A DNA stretch of 64,000 nucleotides from Methanomassiliicoccaceae archaeon UBA472. Lineage in GTDB: Archaea; Thermoplasmatota; Thermoplasmata; Methanomassiliicoccales; UBA472. The position numbers and the translations under genes are program-made. Shown here one piece after another: positions 47,425-57,509 of the stretch; the first letter of the stretch is position 1; every line of letters begins with the position of its first letter. A model generated the notes under the pieces. It was given only the letters and a program-made list of their open reading frames with translations, was not told where the DNA came from and did not search any database. The stretch covers positions 110,224-174,223 of the forward strand of contig DAML01000015.1 in the NCBI GenBank assembly GCA_002497075.1, read 5' to 3'.

Positions 47425-48140
47425 AACCGGATGCGGGTGATCTTGTCCGGAGGGACGTCGGAGCGCACCAGGCGCGGAACGTCCCCTCCCATGCCCAGCT
47501 TCCCGTTGATCATGACCAATGCTCCCCGGACCCCCTTGATCGCGAGGACCTCGCGTATCGAGCGGTCCATGAGCGTCAGGTCGTCCTCCGTGATCAGGTT
47601 GCCCAGCTTGGTGGCGCAGGCGTCGGCCAAGGCGACGTCGTCGGATATCACCGTGGCCAGGTCCGCCCTCCCCAGTGATATGGACGGCCCGACCGTGCCC
47701 GACGAGGTGCAGATCCCGAGCAGCCCCTTGGTGGCCGGGACCTCTATGGCCAGATAGTTCGGCGTACATTCTCCGGCGTACAATCCGACGGTGACCTTGC
47801 GGTTAGTGCGCATGGCTATGTCGCCGCCGTTATCGACCAGGCAGTGCTTGCAGCCCCCCTCGACCATCGCGCTCACCGCTTCCTGGGATATCGCTCCGGC
47901 CACGGCGGCCATGGGACCGACGTCAGCCTTCTGCGCGGCGTTGCACATGTGCTTGACCACCTCGCCCATATCCGAGCGCACCGGATAGGGGTCGAAGGTG
48001 GCCTTGAAGTAAGGGTCCTTGGCTATGTACGTCTCGACCTGCTCGCGGGCCTTGAGCAGAGCATCCTCTGCCAGGGGAAGGTATTCCTCGTCCGCCTCGA
48101 TGGTGGCGGCGGTCTCCTTGAACTGGAAAAGCCTCCTCAT
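47421..48140 (-). CDS. UPF0280 / COG2122 ApbE-like protein associated with archaeal sulfur-incorporation genes
   Basis: 239 aa from ATG 48140 (MRRLFQFKETAATIEADEEY...), which overlaps the NIL-ferredoxin stop (ATGA). This N-terminus is characteristic of the UPF0280 family. Confidence 0.7.
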   Translation of the reverse strand: MRRLFQFKETAATIEADEEYLPLAEDALLKAREQVETYIAKDPYFKATFDPYPVRSDMGEVVKHMCNAAQKADVGPMAAVAGAISQEAVSAMVEGGCKHCLVDNGGDIAMRTNRKVTVGLYAGECTPNYLAIEVPATKGLLGICTSSGTVGPSISLGRADLATVISDDVALADACATKLGNLITEDDLTLMDRSIREVLAIKGVRGALVMINGKLGMGGDVPRLVRSDVPPDKITRIRF

Positions 48141-48541
48141 ATCCTGAACTTCATTGCTCCCGGAGGGCAGGCGTCGATGCACATGCCGCAGGCGATGCAC
48201 CTCTCCGAATCGTAGCGGACCTTCCAGGCCGGCTTGTCCATGGTGAGCGCCTCCACCGGGCAGATGGAGATGCACATGCCGCAGTGGGTGCAGCGATCCT
48301 CGTTCTTCTCCACGTAGTTGGTCAGCTCTTGAACGTCCACCTTCGCCTCGTTCAGATAGCGGACGGCCTCCTTGATGTTGGCCGCTTTTCCGTCAACCTC
48401 CATCAACAGGCGTCCGCCCACCTCGCGCACCTCGGCGCGCAGGATGTTTATCTTGAGGTCGTAGTCCTTGACCAGCCGGTAGACGATAGGCTCGTTCACA
48501 ATGTCCGGGCTGAAGCCCAGCAGGAACTTCTTCTTGGCCAT
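48137..48541 (-). CDS. NIL domain plus 2x[4Fe-4S] ferredoxin protein (homocysteine biosynthesis partner)
   Basis: 134 aa. It has an N-terminal NIL-like domain and two CxxCxxCxxxCP motifs (CTHCGMCISICP, CIACGMCIDACP). Confidence 0.8.
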   Translation of the reverse strand: MAKKKFLLGFSPDIVNEPIVYRLVKDYDLKINILRAEVREVGGRLLMEVDGKAANIKEAVRYLNEAKVDVQELTNYVEKNEDRCTHCGMCISICPVEALTMDKPAWKVRYDSERCIACGMCIDACPPGAMKFRI

Positions 48542-49707
48542 CAGACCGCCTCCTCTTTGGAGCGCACTTCCAGCGTGCCCACGCCCCGGTCCGCCGGTAG
48601 CGGCGCGACAGGCTCGGTGAGCAGGAACTCGCCGCTCTCGATGCGTTCAGCGAGGGTTTCGGCTATCTGCCGCGCCTTGAGGTAACTGGATAAGGATGAC
48701 GTTCTGACCTCCTTGCCGAAGAGCTCCACGCGCCCGGAGCGCAGCTCGGCATAGGAGAAGTGCTTGATCGGCTTCCGGTTGCGGGATTGGATGGAGTAAT
48801 CTATCAGCGGCGAGAAGAGCTGCTCGTCGCTTATCGCCGTTGCTTTGAGGACCTCCTCGTCCAGTATCGGGATCGGCACCCCGACGCCCAGGGCCAACGA
48901 GACGCCGTAACCGGGCAGGTTCAGCGCCCGGACGAACTCGGGCGACATGCACCTCATATCGCCAATGGTGGCCAGGTTCCGGGCCCCGCCCATGGGCGCG
49001 CCGAACTTCGTTTCCACGTTGGTCCGGAACTGAGTTCCCTCCCAAGCCACGTAACCGACGCCCCCGCCCAGGAATATCCTTGTGCCGATCCCGATGGTGC
49101 GCATCGTCGGGTCGTTCAGCAAAGGCGACAGCTGTCCGGCGCTCGAATAGGTGATGTTGCCGTAATTGGGCAGAAGCTTGCCCATGTAGGTATACAGAGT
49201 GCGCTCGGACGAGTTCGTCCCGGCGGCATAGTTCTGATAAGCGTTGCGCGGATTGAATAGATAGGCCTGGTTGACGGTGTTCAACGAGACGTACGTATCG
49301 ATGTCCTTCCGCGGATAGCAGTCCGTTCCGTCGGAAGTGGCCTTCAGGCGCACCGGTCTTCCGGAGACCAGCTCCTCGATGACATGCGCTCCGCCATATT
49401 CCTTATGGTCGCCCAGCTTTAGTTCCGTGGCGCCTATGTAGGCGTCCACGGCGGCTATGCCTCCGTAGGCCGGAACGTCGTTGAGAGTGACCTTCTGCAT
49501 GCGGATCGGCGGCTCGGAATGACCGAAGTTAAGGAAGGCGCCGGAGGAGCACATGGCGCCGAAGGTACCGGTCGTCACGACGTCCACCTCTTTGGCGGCG
49601 CGCTCCACGCCCTCGCTCTGGACGTAGGATATGACCTCCTCGGCGGTCATGACCACCACGTCCCCGTCCTTGATCTTCTGATTGATCTCCGCGACCGTCC
49701 GCTTCAT
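48541..49707 (-). CDS. COG1900 (DUF39) homocysteine biosynthesis protein, L-aspartate semialdehyde sulfurtransferase-like
   Basis: 388 aa. The N-terminus is AEINQKIKDGDVVVMTAEEV. It is followed directly by the NIL-ferredoxin gene, as in the methanogen MA1821/MA1822-type pair. Confidence 0.78.
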   Translation of the reverse strand: MKRTVAEINQKIKDGDVVVMTAEEVISYVQSEGVERAAKEVDVVTTGTFGAMCSSGAFLNFGHSEPPIRMQKVTLNDVPAYGGIAAVDAYIGATELKLGDHKEYGGAHVIEELVSGRPVRLKATSDGTDCYPRKDIDTYVSLNTVNQAYLFNPRNAYQNYAAGTNSSERTLYTYMGKLLPNYGNITYSSAGQLSPLLNDPTMRTIGIGTRIFLGGGVGYVAWEGTQFRTNVETKFGAPMGGARNLATIGDMRCMSPEFVRALNLPGYGVSLALGVGVPIPILDEEVLKATAISDEQLFSPLIDYSIQSRNRKPIKHFSYAELRSGRVELFGKEVRTSSLSSYLKARQIAETLAERIESGEFLLTEPVAPLPADRGVGTLEVRSKEEAV

Positions 49708-49718
49708 CCGGCACCCCC

Positions 49719-50780
49719 TCAGAGGAGCTTCCTGGCCACGGCCAGTTCCGCGTTCAGAACGGAGCCGCCGGCCCCACCCCTCAGGGTGTTATGGGAAAGC
49801 AACCAGAACTTGATATATCCTTTGCTCTCGCGAACGCGACCGACGGAAACGGCCATGCCCCTGGCTCGCTCCGGTTCTCCGGCTAGCGCGTCGGCCGCCG
49901 GCTGCGGGCGGTTCTCTTCCTTGCGGACGATTATTGGCCGCACAGGCGCCGTGGGAAGCTTCAGTTTCTGCGGTTCCGGTCTGTAGGCCTCCAGGGCCTT
50001 GATGACCGCGGCGGCGTTAGCGTCCTTGCCCAGCTTGAGCACGGCCGACTCCAGGTGGCCGTCGACCACCGGCACGCGGGCACAGCTGGCGATCATGTCG
50101 AACTCGGCGTACTTGACCTTGCCGTTCTTGTAGGCGCCGAGCATCTTGTAGATCTCCTCCTCCATCTTCTCCTCCTCGTTCTTGATGAACGGGACGACGT
50201 TCCCCAGGATGTCCAACGACGGAACTCCAGGGTATCCGGCGCCGGATACCGCTTGGTACGTAGAAACGTAGCAGGCGCTCAGCCCGAACTTCTTGTATAT
50301 GGCCTGCAGCGGGACGGCGAGACCGGTCGTCGAGCAGTTGGCGTTGGTGACGATGAACCCGCCGTTGGCGTAGGTCGCCTGCTTCTTCACCAGTTCCAGG
50401 TGGTCGGGGTTGACCTCCGGGATGAGCAGCGGGACGTCAGGCTCCATGCGGTGGGACGCCGCGTTGGAGAAGATCGCCACACCTTCCTGCGCCAGGGACG
50501 TCTCGTAATCCCCGGCCACGTCCGACGGAAGACCGGAGAACGCCAGCCGGCAGCGCTTGGCGATGGCCTTGGGCTCCAGGGTCTCGATCCTCATGCTCAG
50601 GGTGTCCTCTTGGAAGGGTATGCCCTTCAGCTTCATGACCTCCCTGAGCGACTTGCCTTCCGAGCGCTCGGAGGCGTAGAGGCCGCCTATCTCGAAATAG
50701 GGATGGTCCTCCAGCAGTTGCACGAACCTCTGCCCGATCATTCCCGTGGCGCCTAGCACCGCCACCTGCACTTTCTTCAT
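49719..50780 (-). CDS. asd: Aspartate-semialdehyde dehydrogenase
   Basis: 353 aa. It has VAVLGATGMIGQ and the active-site region NANCSTTG. Confidence 0.9.
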   Translation of the reverse strand: MKKVQVAVLGATGMIGQRFVQLLEDHPYFEIGGLYASERSEGKSLREVMKLKGIPFQEDTLSMRIETLEPKAIAKRCRLAFSGLPSDVAGDYETSLAQEGVAIFSNAASHRMEPDVPLLIPEVNPDHLELVKKQATYANGGFIVTNANCSTTGLAVPLQAIYKKFGLSACYVSTYQAVSGAGYPGVPSLDILGNVVPFIKNEEEKMEEEIYKMLGAYKNGKVKYAEFDMIASCARVPVVDGHLESAVLKLGKDANAAAVIKALEAYRPEPQKLKLPTAPVRPIIVRKEENRPQPAADALAGEPERARGMAVSVGRVRESKGYIKFWLLSHNTLRGGAGGSVLNAELAVARKLL

Positions 50781-51862
50781 TGCTTCACCTCGAAATACTT
50801 GCGACCTTCTTGCATCAACCTGATCATCTGCGTCCGATCGTCATCGGAACCGGCCTGCTGGACCTCGCGCAGGGCGTCGATCAGCTTCTCCAGCATCTCC
50901 CGGTTGTGGGGGTTCAGATGCTGGATCTCGTAGTAAAGGTTTGGGCTTTCTCGCGCGACACTTCCGCTGGTGTTCATCTGCCGTTCGAACGTCGTGGACG
51001 ATACCCTGCGCAGCTCATCGTGCGTGAAGCCGCTTTCCTTCAACGCGCCGAAGAACGCCAAGTTCAAAGCGTGGCTCATGCCTAGCACGACCGAAATTAT
51101 CTTGTCGTGTTCCTCCACTGGCATCTCGATGACGTTGGCGCCGGTGCCGTTCAGCAGGGGCATGAACTTGTTGACGGCGATGTCGGAACCGCAATTGCAC
51201 ACGATTAGGTTGCGGGCGAAGATGAATGACGCGCTCGGTCCGAACATGGGGTGGATGGAGCAGACCAGCAACCCTTGATCGGCGCCCTCCTTCAGCACGT
51301 CCATGATCGGCGACTTGACGGAGGCGATGTCGAACACCAGTCCCTTCGGCTTGAGCTTGAATATGTCGCGCAGCATATCGGCGGTGGCAGAGATGTGGGA
51401 AGAGACGGCGATGACATCGGCATCCTTCACGCCCTGCGCCAGCTTGACGTTCTTGAACTCCCCGCCCGACAGATCGTCGAAGACCTTCACCTCGTGCCCG
51501 CGGGAGTCGAAGAAGCGGCACAGCCATTGTCCCATGGCGCCACCGCCGCCGACGACGAGGACCTTGCGCGGCTTCATCGGGCGCGGAAGTCGGGCCTGAG
51601 CTTCCACCGACTCGCGCACCAGCAGTGAGGACAGCTCGATGGCCGCGGCGTCGCTTATGCCGATCTCCCTGGCCCTGGCCAAATACCTGTCCCGCACCTG
51701 CTCCTCCACCCGCATGTCGCGCACCGGCATGGCCTTGTCCACCTTCTGGTGGCCCATGGCCACGGCGATGCTCATGCGCTTCTTGATCAGTTCCAGGATC
51801 TCGTTGTCGATCTCCTCGATCTTCCACCGGATGCCCTCAACGGAATCAGTCAACCGTACCAC
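50777..51862 (-). CDS. Chorismate mutase (AroQ) fused to prephenate dehydrogenase (TyrA)
   Basis: 361 aa with a GTG start. The N-terminal helical CM domain is IEEIDNEILELIKKRMSIA ... RDMRVEEQV. A Rossmann VLVVGGGGAMG and a PDH core (HPMFGP) follow. Confidence 0.8.
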   Translation of the reverse strand: MVRLTDSVEGIRWKIEEIDNEILELIKKRMSIAVAMGHQKVDKAMPVRDMRVEEQVRDRYLARAREIGISDAAAIELSSLLVRESVEAQARLPRPMKPRKVLVVGGGGAMGQWLCRFFDSRGHEVKVFDDLSGGEFKNVKLAQGVKDADVIAVSSHISATADMLRDIFKLKPKGLVFDIASVKSPIMDVLKEGADQGLLVCSIHPMFGPSASFIFARNLIVCNCGSDIAVNKFMPLLNGTGANVIEMPVEEHDKIISVVLGMSHALNLAFFGALKESGFTHDELRRVSSTTFERQMNTSGSVARESPNLYYEIQHLNPHNREMLEKLIDALREVQQAGSDDDRTQMIRLMQEGRKYFEVKQ

Positions 51863-52919
51863 CTCTCATGCTCAGGTCCGCCAGCACCAGCGCGGCGGCC
51901 GCTTCCACGACCGGAACCGCCCGGGGCGCTATGCACGGGTCATGCCGTCCCTCTATCTTAAGGTCGGTCTGCCTACCGCTCTTGACGTTCAGCGAGCGTT
52001 GCCCCCTGGCGATGGACGCCGTGGGCTTTATGGCCACTCTGAACACGACGGGCATGCCGTTGGTTATTCCCCCGAGTATTCCGCCAGCATCGTTCTTGGC
52101 CGTGCGCACTTTACCGTCCACGAGAACGAAGGGATCGTTATGCTGCGAGCCGCGCATCCCGGCGGCGGCGAATCCCGCGCCGAACTCTATCCCTTTCACG
52201 CCTGGAACGGCGAACATCATCTTGGACATCTCCCCTTCCACGGTATCGAAGAACGGCTCCCCCAGTCCTATCGGCAGGCCGTCCACGACGCACTCCACGA
52301 CCCCGCCGACGCTGTCGCTTTCGTCCTTGGCGGCCAGTATCTCGGAGCGCATGGCCTCGGCCATTTCATCCGTCGCCGCGCGTACGTCATTGGAACGCGA
52401 CAGCACGCCGGACGTCACGTCCCTCTCCTCTGCGTCGCGAACCTTCCCTATCTGCCGGACGAAGGCGGCGACTCGTATCCCCCTCTCCTCCAAGAGCATC
52501 TTGGCTATGGCGCCCGCGGCTACGATCCCAACGGTCATCCGGCCGGAGAACTGACCGCCTCCGCGAAGGTCCACGCACTCCGAGTACTTCGAACGGGCGG
52601 TGAGGTCGGCATGACCGGGGCGCGGGACGTCCTTGAACCTCTCGTACTTCTTGGAGTCGGTGTCCCGGTTCATGACCAGCAGGGTGATCGGTCCGCCGGT
52701 GCTCCTTCCCTCGACGATGCCGGAGACGATCTCGACCTTGTCCTCTTCCTGCCTGGGCGTTCCTATGTCCGCCTTCGGCCGGCGGAGATCGACCTCGCTC
52801 TGTAACCGTCCGACGTCAACGATCATCCCGGGAGGGACCCCGTCCAGCACGGCGCCGACGCAGGGTCCGTGGCTCGCTCCGAATAGCGTGAGCCGAAGCT
52901 CGCTGCCGATGGTGTTCAA
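51846..52919 (-). CDS. aroC: Chorismate synthase
   Basis: 357 aa. It has LTLFGASHG, RPGHAD and GRHDPC. Confidence 0.95.
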   Translation of the reverse strand: MNTIGSELRLTLFGASHGPCVGAVLDGVPPGMIVDVGRLQSEVDLRRPKADIGTPRQEEDKVEIVSGIVEGRSTGGPITLLVMNRDTDSKKYERFKDVPRPGHADLTARSKYSECVDLRGGGQFSGRMTVGIVAAGAIAKMLLEERGIRVAAFVRQIGKVRDAEERDVTSGVLSRSNDVRAATDEMAEAMRSEILAAKDESDSVGGVVECVVDGLPIGLGEPFFDTVEGEMSKMMFAVPGVKGIEFGAGFAAAGMRGSQHNDPFVLVDGKVRTAKNDAGGILGGITNGMPVVFRVAIKPTASIARGQRSLNVKSGRQTDLKIEGRHDPCIAPRAVPVVEAAAALVLADLSMRGGTVD

Positions 52920-54181
52920 GGTATCATCTCCATCTTCGCGCCCAAGGACCTCATGTCGCTCACGAAGTCCGGGTATGAGATGCGGTGGCAGTCGCCATCG
53001 CTTATCATCGTCTCGCCGCTCGCTCTCAGCGCAGCTATCGCCGCGGCCATCAATATGCGGTGGTCGTTGAACGAGCTGACCGTCGCCCCGTGAAGCGGCC
53101 GTCCGCCGTTTATCACGCAGCCGTCCTCCCTTTCAACTATGTCCGCGCCCATGTCCCTAAGGAACATGGCGGTCGCGGAGATGCGGTCGCTCTCCTTGAG
53201 GCGGACGTGCGAAGCGTTGTAGATGCGGCTCTCCCCCTTGGCGAAGGCGCACATGACCGCGGCCATAGGGAACAGGTCCGGGGCGTCGCCCAGGTCTATG
53301 TCCGTGGCGTTCAGTTCGGCAGAGGAGCAGGTGAGCGCGTCCCCGTTCCATTCGACCTTCGCCCCCAGCGCCCTCAGGATGTCCAGGAAGGCTCGGTCGC
53401 CCTGCGCGTCCTTGGGGTCCAGGTTCTTGACGGTGACCTTTCCGGTGAGGGCGCCAGCGGCCAACGGGAACGCCGCCGAGGAGAAATCTCCCGGTACGGT
53501 ATAGTCCCGGGGGCGGTAGCGCTGCCCGCCCTGGACGATGAATCCTTCGCTGGTGGAACGGCAGGAGGCGCCGAAGCGGGCCATCATCTCCATGGTGATG
53601 TCGACATAGGGCCTGGACTTCAGAGGTGTGGTCAGGACGATCTCGGTGTCCACCTCCTTCAGGGCCGAGGATATCAGCAGGGAGGAGATGAACTGCGAAC
53701 TGACGTCGCCGCGTATCTCGGTCCTCTTTCCCAGGTTGGGACCTTTGACGACCAGAGGCGCCATGCCGTTCCCGCGGGTGCTCTCACAGCGCACCCCCAT
53801 CATTCCCAACGAGTCGATCAAAGGCTGCATAGGGCGACGCCTGACGCTGTCGTCCCCGGTGAGCACAGTGACGCAAGGCAGCAGCGAAGCTACGCCGGCC
53901 ATGAGCCTTATCGTGGTCCCGGAGTTCCTGGTGTCGATGACGTTGTCAGGGCATCTAGGCGACCCGCCGGCGATGCGCAGCGCGTCGGCCTTGGTCACCT
54001 TGCCGCCGAAGGCCTTGACCGCGTCCAGCGTAGCTAGGGTGTCCTCGCCCAGCAACGGCCGGCGCAGGACGCTCTCGCCTTCCGCCAGCAACGCCAACGT
54101 CATGGCCCGGTGGGTGTAGCTCTTGGACGGGGACGACAGAACGCTCCCCTCGGCGTTGGATGGGACGACCCTCAAACGCAC
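52916..54181 (-). CDS. aroA: 3-phosphoshikimate 1-carboxyvinyltransferase (EPSP synthase)
   Basis: 421 aa. It has PSKSYTHRA, NSGTTIRL and RLKESDR. Confidence 0.95.
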   Translation of the reverse strand: MRLRVVPSNAEGSVLSSPSKSYTHRAMTLALLAEGESVLRRPLLGEDTLATLDAVKAFGGKVTKADALRIAGGSPRCPDNVIDTRNSGTTIRLMAGVASLLPCVTVLTGDDSVRRRPMQPLIDSLGMMGVRCESTRGNGMAPLVVKGPNLGKRTEIRGDVSSQFISSLLISSALKEVDTEIVLTTPLKSRPYVDITMEMMARFGASCRSTSEGFIVQGGQRYRPRDYTVPGDFSSAAFPLAAGALTGKVTVKNLDPKDAQGDRAFLDILRALGAKVEWNGDALTCSSAELNATDIDLGDAPDLFPMAAVMCAFAKGESRIYNASHVRLKESDRISATAMFLRDMGADIVEREDGCVINGGRPLHGATVSSFNDHRILMAAAIAALRASGETMISDGDCHRISYPDFVSDMRSLGAKMEMIP

Positions 54182-55017
54182 GGTGACACCCCCTGGTAAA
54201 CATTGGCGATAAGCACATCCTTCCCCAGTGCCTCCGCGACCGTTCTCTCGAAAGCGGCATCGACGAAGGAAGCGACCGCTGGTCCGGTCCCGGATATGCC
54301 GGAAGCGATGGCTCCGGCGCGCAGCGCTTTGATGGAAAGCTCCTGGTCCAGGCCCAGCGCCGCTCCGTATATCAATGAGTTCAAGGTCATGGCCTTGGCG
54401 TACTCCTCGTTCCAGGCCATGCGGAAGGTCTCCTCCGCTAACGTTCGATATAGGGCGATACGCTCCTTGGGCAGCATTGACTTGCGTATCATGCGCTCGG
54501 GAACGGCTATGACCACTCGTTCGCAGAGCTCGAAACGCTCGCGGCGTAGCAGCGTTCGGGCGTGATTGTCGGTGAAAACGACTCCGCCGAGCAGCGAAGC
54601 GGCCGCGTCGTCCATTGCCCCCGTTACGGAAACGCCCGCTCTTATGGACACTTCAGCGTTCATCTTGAGCATGTCAATGGCCGGCATCTCCTCCTTGAGG
54701 GCGTCGAGGGTGGCCAGAATGATCGCGTTGGCCGCGGCGCTGCTGCTCTTCAATCCTCTGGAAACGGGAATATCGGAACCGGTGCGCACTATCGCTCCCC
54801 TCCGCATGGAGAATCGGTCCAGGACCGCCTGGACGCAGAGCCTCGCGAGGTCGGTCGGCTCATCCGGAAGTCCTTCCATGTGGACCTCGACGCCTTCGCC
54901 CGGTACCAGTTCCACCTCCGCCCAGGTGCGTAGATCAACGCCGACCGCGCAGCCCTTCCCGGCGGCGATGGCGTTGACGATGGTGACCGCCCCTCTGGCC
55001 TCCCCTCTTCCCTTCAA
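54172..55017 (-). CDS. Archaeal GHMP-type shikimate kinase
   Basis: It has the GHMP pattern (IPVSRGLKSSSAAANA) and an N-terminus like archaeal shikimate kinases (GAVTIVNAIAAGKG). I place the start at TTG 55017, which overlaps the upstream stop (TTGA). The ORF-track ATG 55077 would overlap aroDE by 64 nt. Confidence 0.75.
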   Translation of the reverse strand: MKGRGEARGAVTIVNAIAAGKGCAVGVDLRTWAEVELVPGEGVEVHMEGLPDEPTDLARLCVQAVLDRFSMRRGAIVRTGSDIPVSRGLKSSSAAANAIILATLDALKEEMPAIDMLKMNAEVSIRAGVSVTGAMDDAAASLLGGVVFTDNHARTLLRRERFELCERVVIAVPERMIRKSMLPKERIALYRTLAEETFRMAWNEEYAKAMTLNSLIYGAALGLDQELSIKALRAGAIASGISGTGPAVASFVDAAFERTVAEALGKDVLIANVYQGVSPCV

Positions 55018-56471
55018 GGCAGCGCCTCCCGGAAGGCCCTCTCCATGACATCGTACTCCACGGCCTTTCCGGTCCACATCTCGAAGGAGGCCAGGGCCTG
55101 GTATATCAGCATGTCCTTGCCGTTGACCGCTATGGCGTTCTTTCTCGACGCCTCCGCCAAGAGCGGCGTGACCGGCGGATTGTAAACAGTGTCCATGACG
55201 AACTGTCCCTCATGCAGCACGTACGGGGATATGGACATCTCCTGCGGGAATCCCTTCATGCCCAGAGGGGTGCAGTTCACTATGACATCGTACAGCTTCT
55301 CCTCGGCCACCCGGGTGGTCATGGCGTCCGCCCCGAACATCTTCGCCAACGTTTCGGCCTTACCCATGGTGCGGTTGGTTATGTCCACGTCCGCTCCCTT
55401 GGATACGAGGTACGACAGCACGGAGCGGGACGCTCCTCCGGCGCCCAGGACCAGGGCGGCCTTTCCCTTTACGTCCACGTTGTGCCGTTCGAACGTTCTC
55501 TCCACGCCGATGACATCGGTGTTCCGGCCTACGAGCGAACCATCCTCGTTCACCACGGTGTTCACGGCGCCGATGCGCTCGGCCACCGGGTCGACGCGGT
55601 CCAGCAACGGGATGATCGACTCCTTGTGTGGTATGGTGACATTGAATCCCTTTATCCCCAACGCGCTCACCATGTCCAGGAAGTCTTCCAGTTCGTCCAC
55701 CAGCGTGACCCATTTTAGGTAGATGCCGCGGACGGCGGCCGCGCGGAAGGCGGCGTTGTGCATTGCCGGCGACAGCGTATGGTCGAGCGGATTGCCGATG
55801 ATCCCGGTGACCATCGGCTCCTTGCCCAGCCACTTGGCCGTCTCCAGATCGAGCTGGCCAGGAGCGGTCTCCTTTCCCGGGGACGCGGAGGCGTAGGAAA
55901 GTACGGAACCCATCTGGTGCGCCAGGACCCTAGTGACCGTTCCCATCTCGCCCATGCCGATGACGGTGAACCGTTCCCTGCTCATGGAGAACCAATGTGT
56001 CGCCTCGACCAGCTGCGCCAGGTCGCGCATGGTGCGCACGGAGAACGCGGCCTTGGCCATGTCCGAGCGGGCCGAGCACTCCACCAGCGATTCTATAATC
56101 TTCGCCATCTGCGGGGTCTTCTTGTGATCGTGATAGGAAACTATGACCTTGGCCGGCTTGAGCAGGTGGGCGCGATTGACCAGGGGATGGCCGAGCTCCA
56201 GATCGATGTCGAAGCCGGCGCGGGCCGCCCGCCACAGGAACTCCCACTTCTTTTCGTTCGTTCCCTCCCATTCCCCGCCCTGCTCCCTCTCCCGCAGGGT
56301 GGCGATGCGCCTGACCTCCAATTGCTGGAACGGCGTCAGGTCGTCCGGCAGGAGGGGCATGCGGTCGAAGCGGAACTCCAGGCATTCGGCGCCTTTAGCT
56401 ATCGCTTCCCTGGCCACCGCGATTGCCGAGGCCGCGTCCGCCTCCGAGATCGCCACGCAGATCCTGGTCAT
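55014..56471 (-). CDS. Fusion of type I 3-dehydroquinate dehydratase and shikimate dehydrogenase (AroD-AroE)
   Basis: 485 aa. The N-terminal half is AroD-like (ICVAISEAD ... ECLEFRFD ... VIVSYHD). The C-terminal half is AroE-like (GIIGNPLDHTLSPAMHNAAF, VLGAGGASR). Confidence 0.85.
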   Translation of the reverse strand: MTRICVAISEADAASAIAVAREAIAKGAECLEFRFDRMPLLPDDLTPFQQLEVRRIATLREREQGGEWEGTNEKKWEFLWRAARAGFDIDLELGHPLVNRAHLLKPAKVIVSYHDHKKTPQMAKIIESLVECSARSDMAKAAFSVRTMRDLAQLVEATHWFSMSRERFTVIGMGEMGTVTRVLAHQMGSVLSYASASPGKETAPGQLDLETAKWLGKEPMVTGIIGNPLDHTLSPAMHNAAFRAAAVRGIYLKWVTLVDELEDFLDMVSALGIKGFNVTIPHKESIIPLLDRVDPVAERIGAVNTVVNEDGSLVGRNTDVIGVERTFERHNVDVKGKAALVLGAGGASRSVLSYLVSKGADVDITNRTMGKAETLAKMFGADAMTTRVAEEKLYDVIVNCTPLGMKGFPQEMSISPYVLHEGQFVMDTVYNPPVTPLLAEASRKNAIAVNGKDMLIYQALASFEMWTGKAVEYDVMERAFREALP

Positions 56472-57505
56472 CTTTCCAATACGCTCTCCTTAACCGCATG
56501 ACCGAAGTGCCTTCCCCCCTTCTCCAGGCGTACCAGCACCTTGTCCCCTTCCTTGAGGTCCGATATCGATATGGAACCGTCCTTGGTGCATAGGCGGATG
56601 GTCTCCGCGTTCTGCAGGATGGTGGTGTAGACCGTACCGTCCGCTTCCGCCTCCAGCAGGAGCAAGGGGCGCACTTCCACCTTGGCCCGGCCGACCACCA
56701 CCGGTCTCGTTCTCCCTTGAGAATCCACTGCCAGCAGCTCCGTTCCCCCCTTCACTTCCGAGAGGTACTTGGTCCGCCCGTCGGAACCCAGCACGTAAGC
56801 GTGCACCGCCCCGGCGTTCACCCGGAACGGACGGGATGAAACATAATGCGAGTCCATCGACTCGCTCTGCACCAGGAACAGGCAGGCCGACTGCGAGCCG
56901 ACCAGCATCCCCTCGCCGATGGCGAGCATTGAGCAGGTGTCCACGCACACCCGGTCTCCCACGCTCACAGGCCTCACCGCTTTGACGGTAGCCTCGACCA
57001 GTTCCACCGCGGCCACGTCCGACCGGGCAAGCGCAGAGAACTGCGAAAGCTTCGCCGGATCGCTCAGGGTGATCGCCAAACCGTCCACGCCCGTTTCCAA
57101 CGTCGTCGCGAACAGCTTAGCCTCCTCCACCGAGGAGCAGGACGCTATCACCTTGGTGCTGGTCCCCTGGAACTCGGCGATGAGGTTCTCCAACGGGATG
57201 ACCTTCCAGTCGTGCGATTCCACCAGCACGAACTCCTGCTTCCCCTTGAAGCGGGACGCCTTCTCGGCGTCCTTGTGGTCGTGTATCGTTAGAACTACAC
57301 CTATCTGCTTGCCGTCGGCGAACAGTTCCTCGCCCTTGCGGACTATCGGATAATAGCGGCCGACCTTCTGCAGGGCGGAATCCTCCTCCCTCAGCACGAT
57401 GTCGGCGTAACCCGCTTCCAAGGCGGAGGTGACCATTCGCTTCCGTTCGGCGGATGACGTGAGGTGATCGGTCCTCACCCAGACAATCTTGCCCTTTCCG
57501 GACAT
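56468..57505 (-). CDS. 3-dehydroquinate synthase II (archaeal, ADH-dependent)
   Basis: 345 aa. The family pattern (VWVRTD ... TSALEAGYADIVL) and its position directly after ADH synthase support the call. Confidence 0.85.
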   Translation of the reverse strand: MSGKGKIVWVRTDHLTSSAERKRMVTSALEAGYADIVLREEDSALQKVGRYYPIVRKGEELFADGKQIGVVLTIHDHKDAEKASRFKGKQEFVLVESHDWKVIPLENLIAEFQGTSTKVIASCSSVEEAKLFATTLETGVDGLAITLSDPAKLSQFSALARSDVAAVELVEATVKAVRPVSVGDRVCVDTCSMLAIGEGMLVGSQSACLFLVQSESMDSHYVSSRPFRVNAGAVHAYVLGSDGRTKYLSEVKGGTELLAVDSQGRTRPVVVGRAKVEVRPLLLLEAEADGTVYTTILQNAETIRLCTKDGSISISDLKEGDKVLVRLEKGGRHFGHAVKESVLER

Positions 57506-57509
57506 ACCC

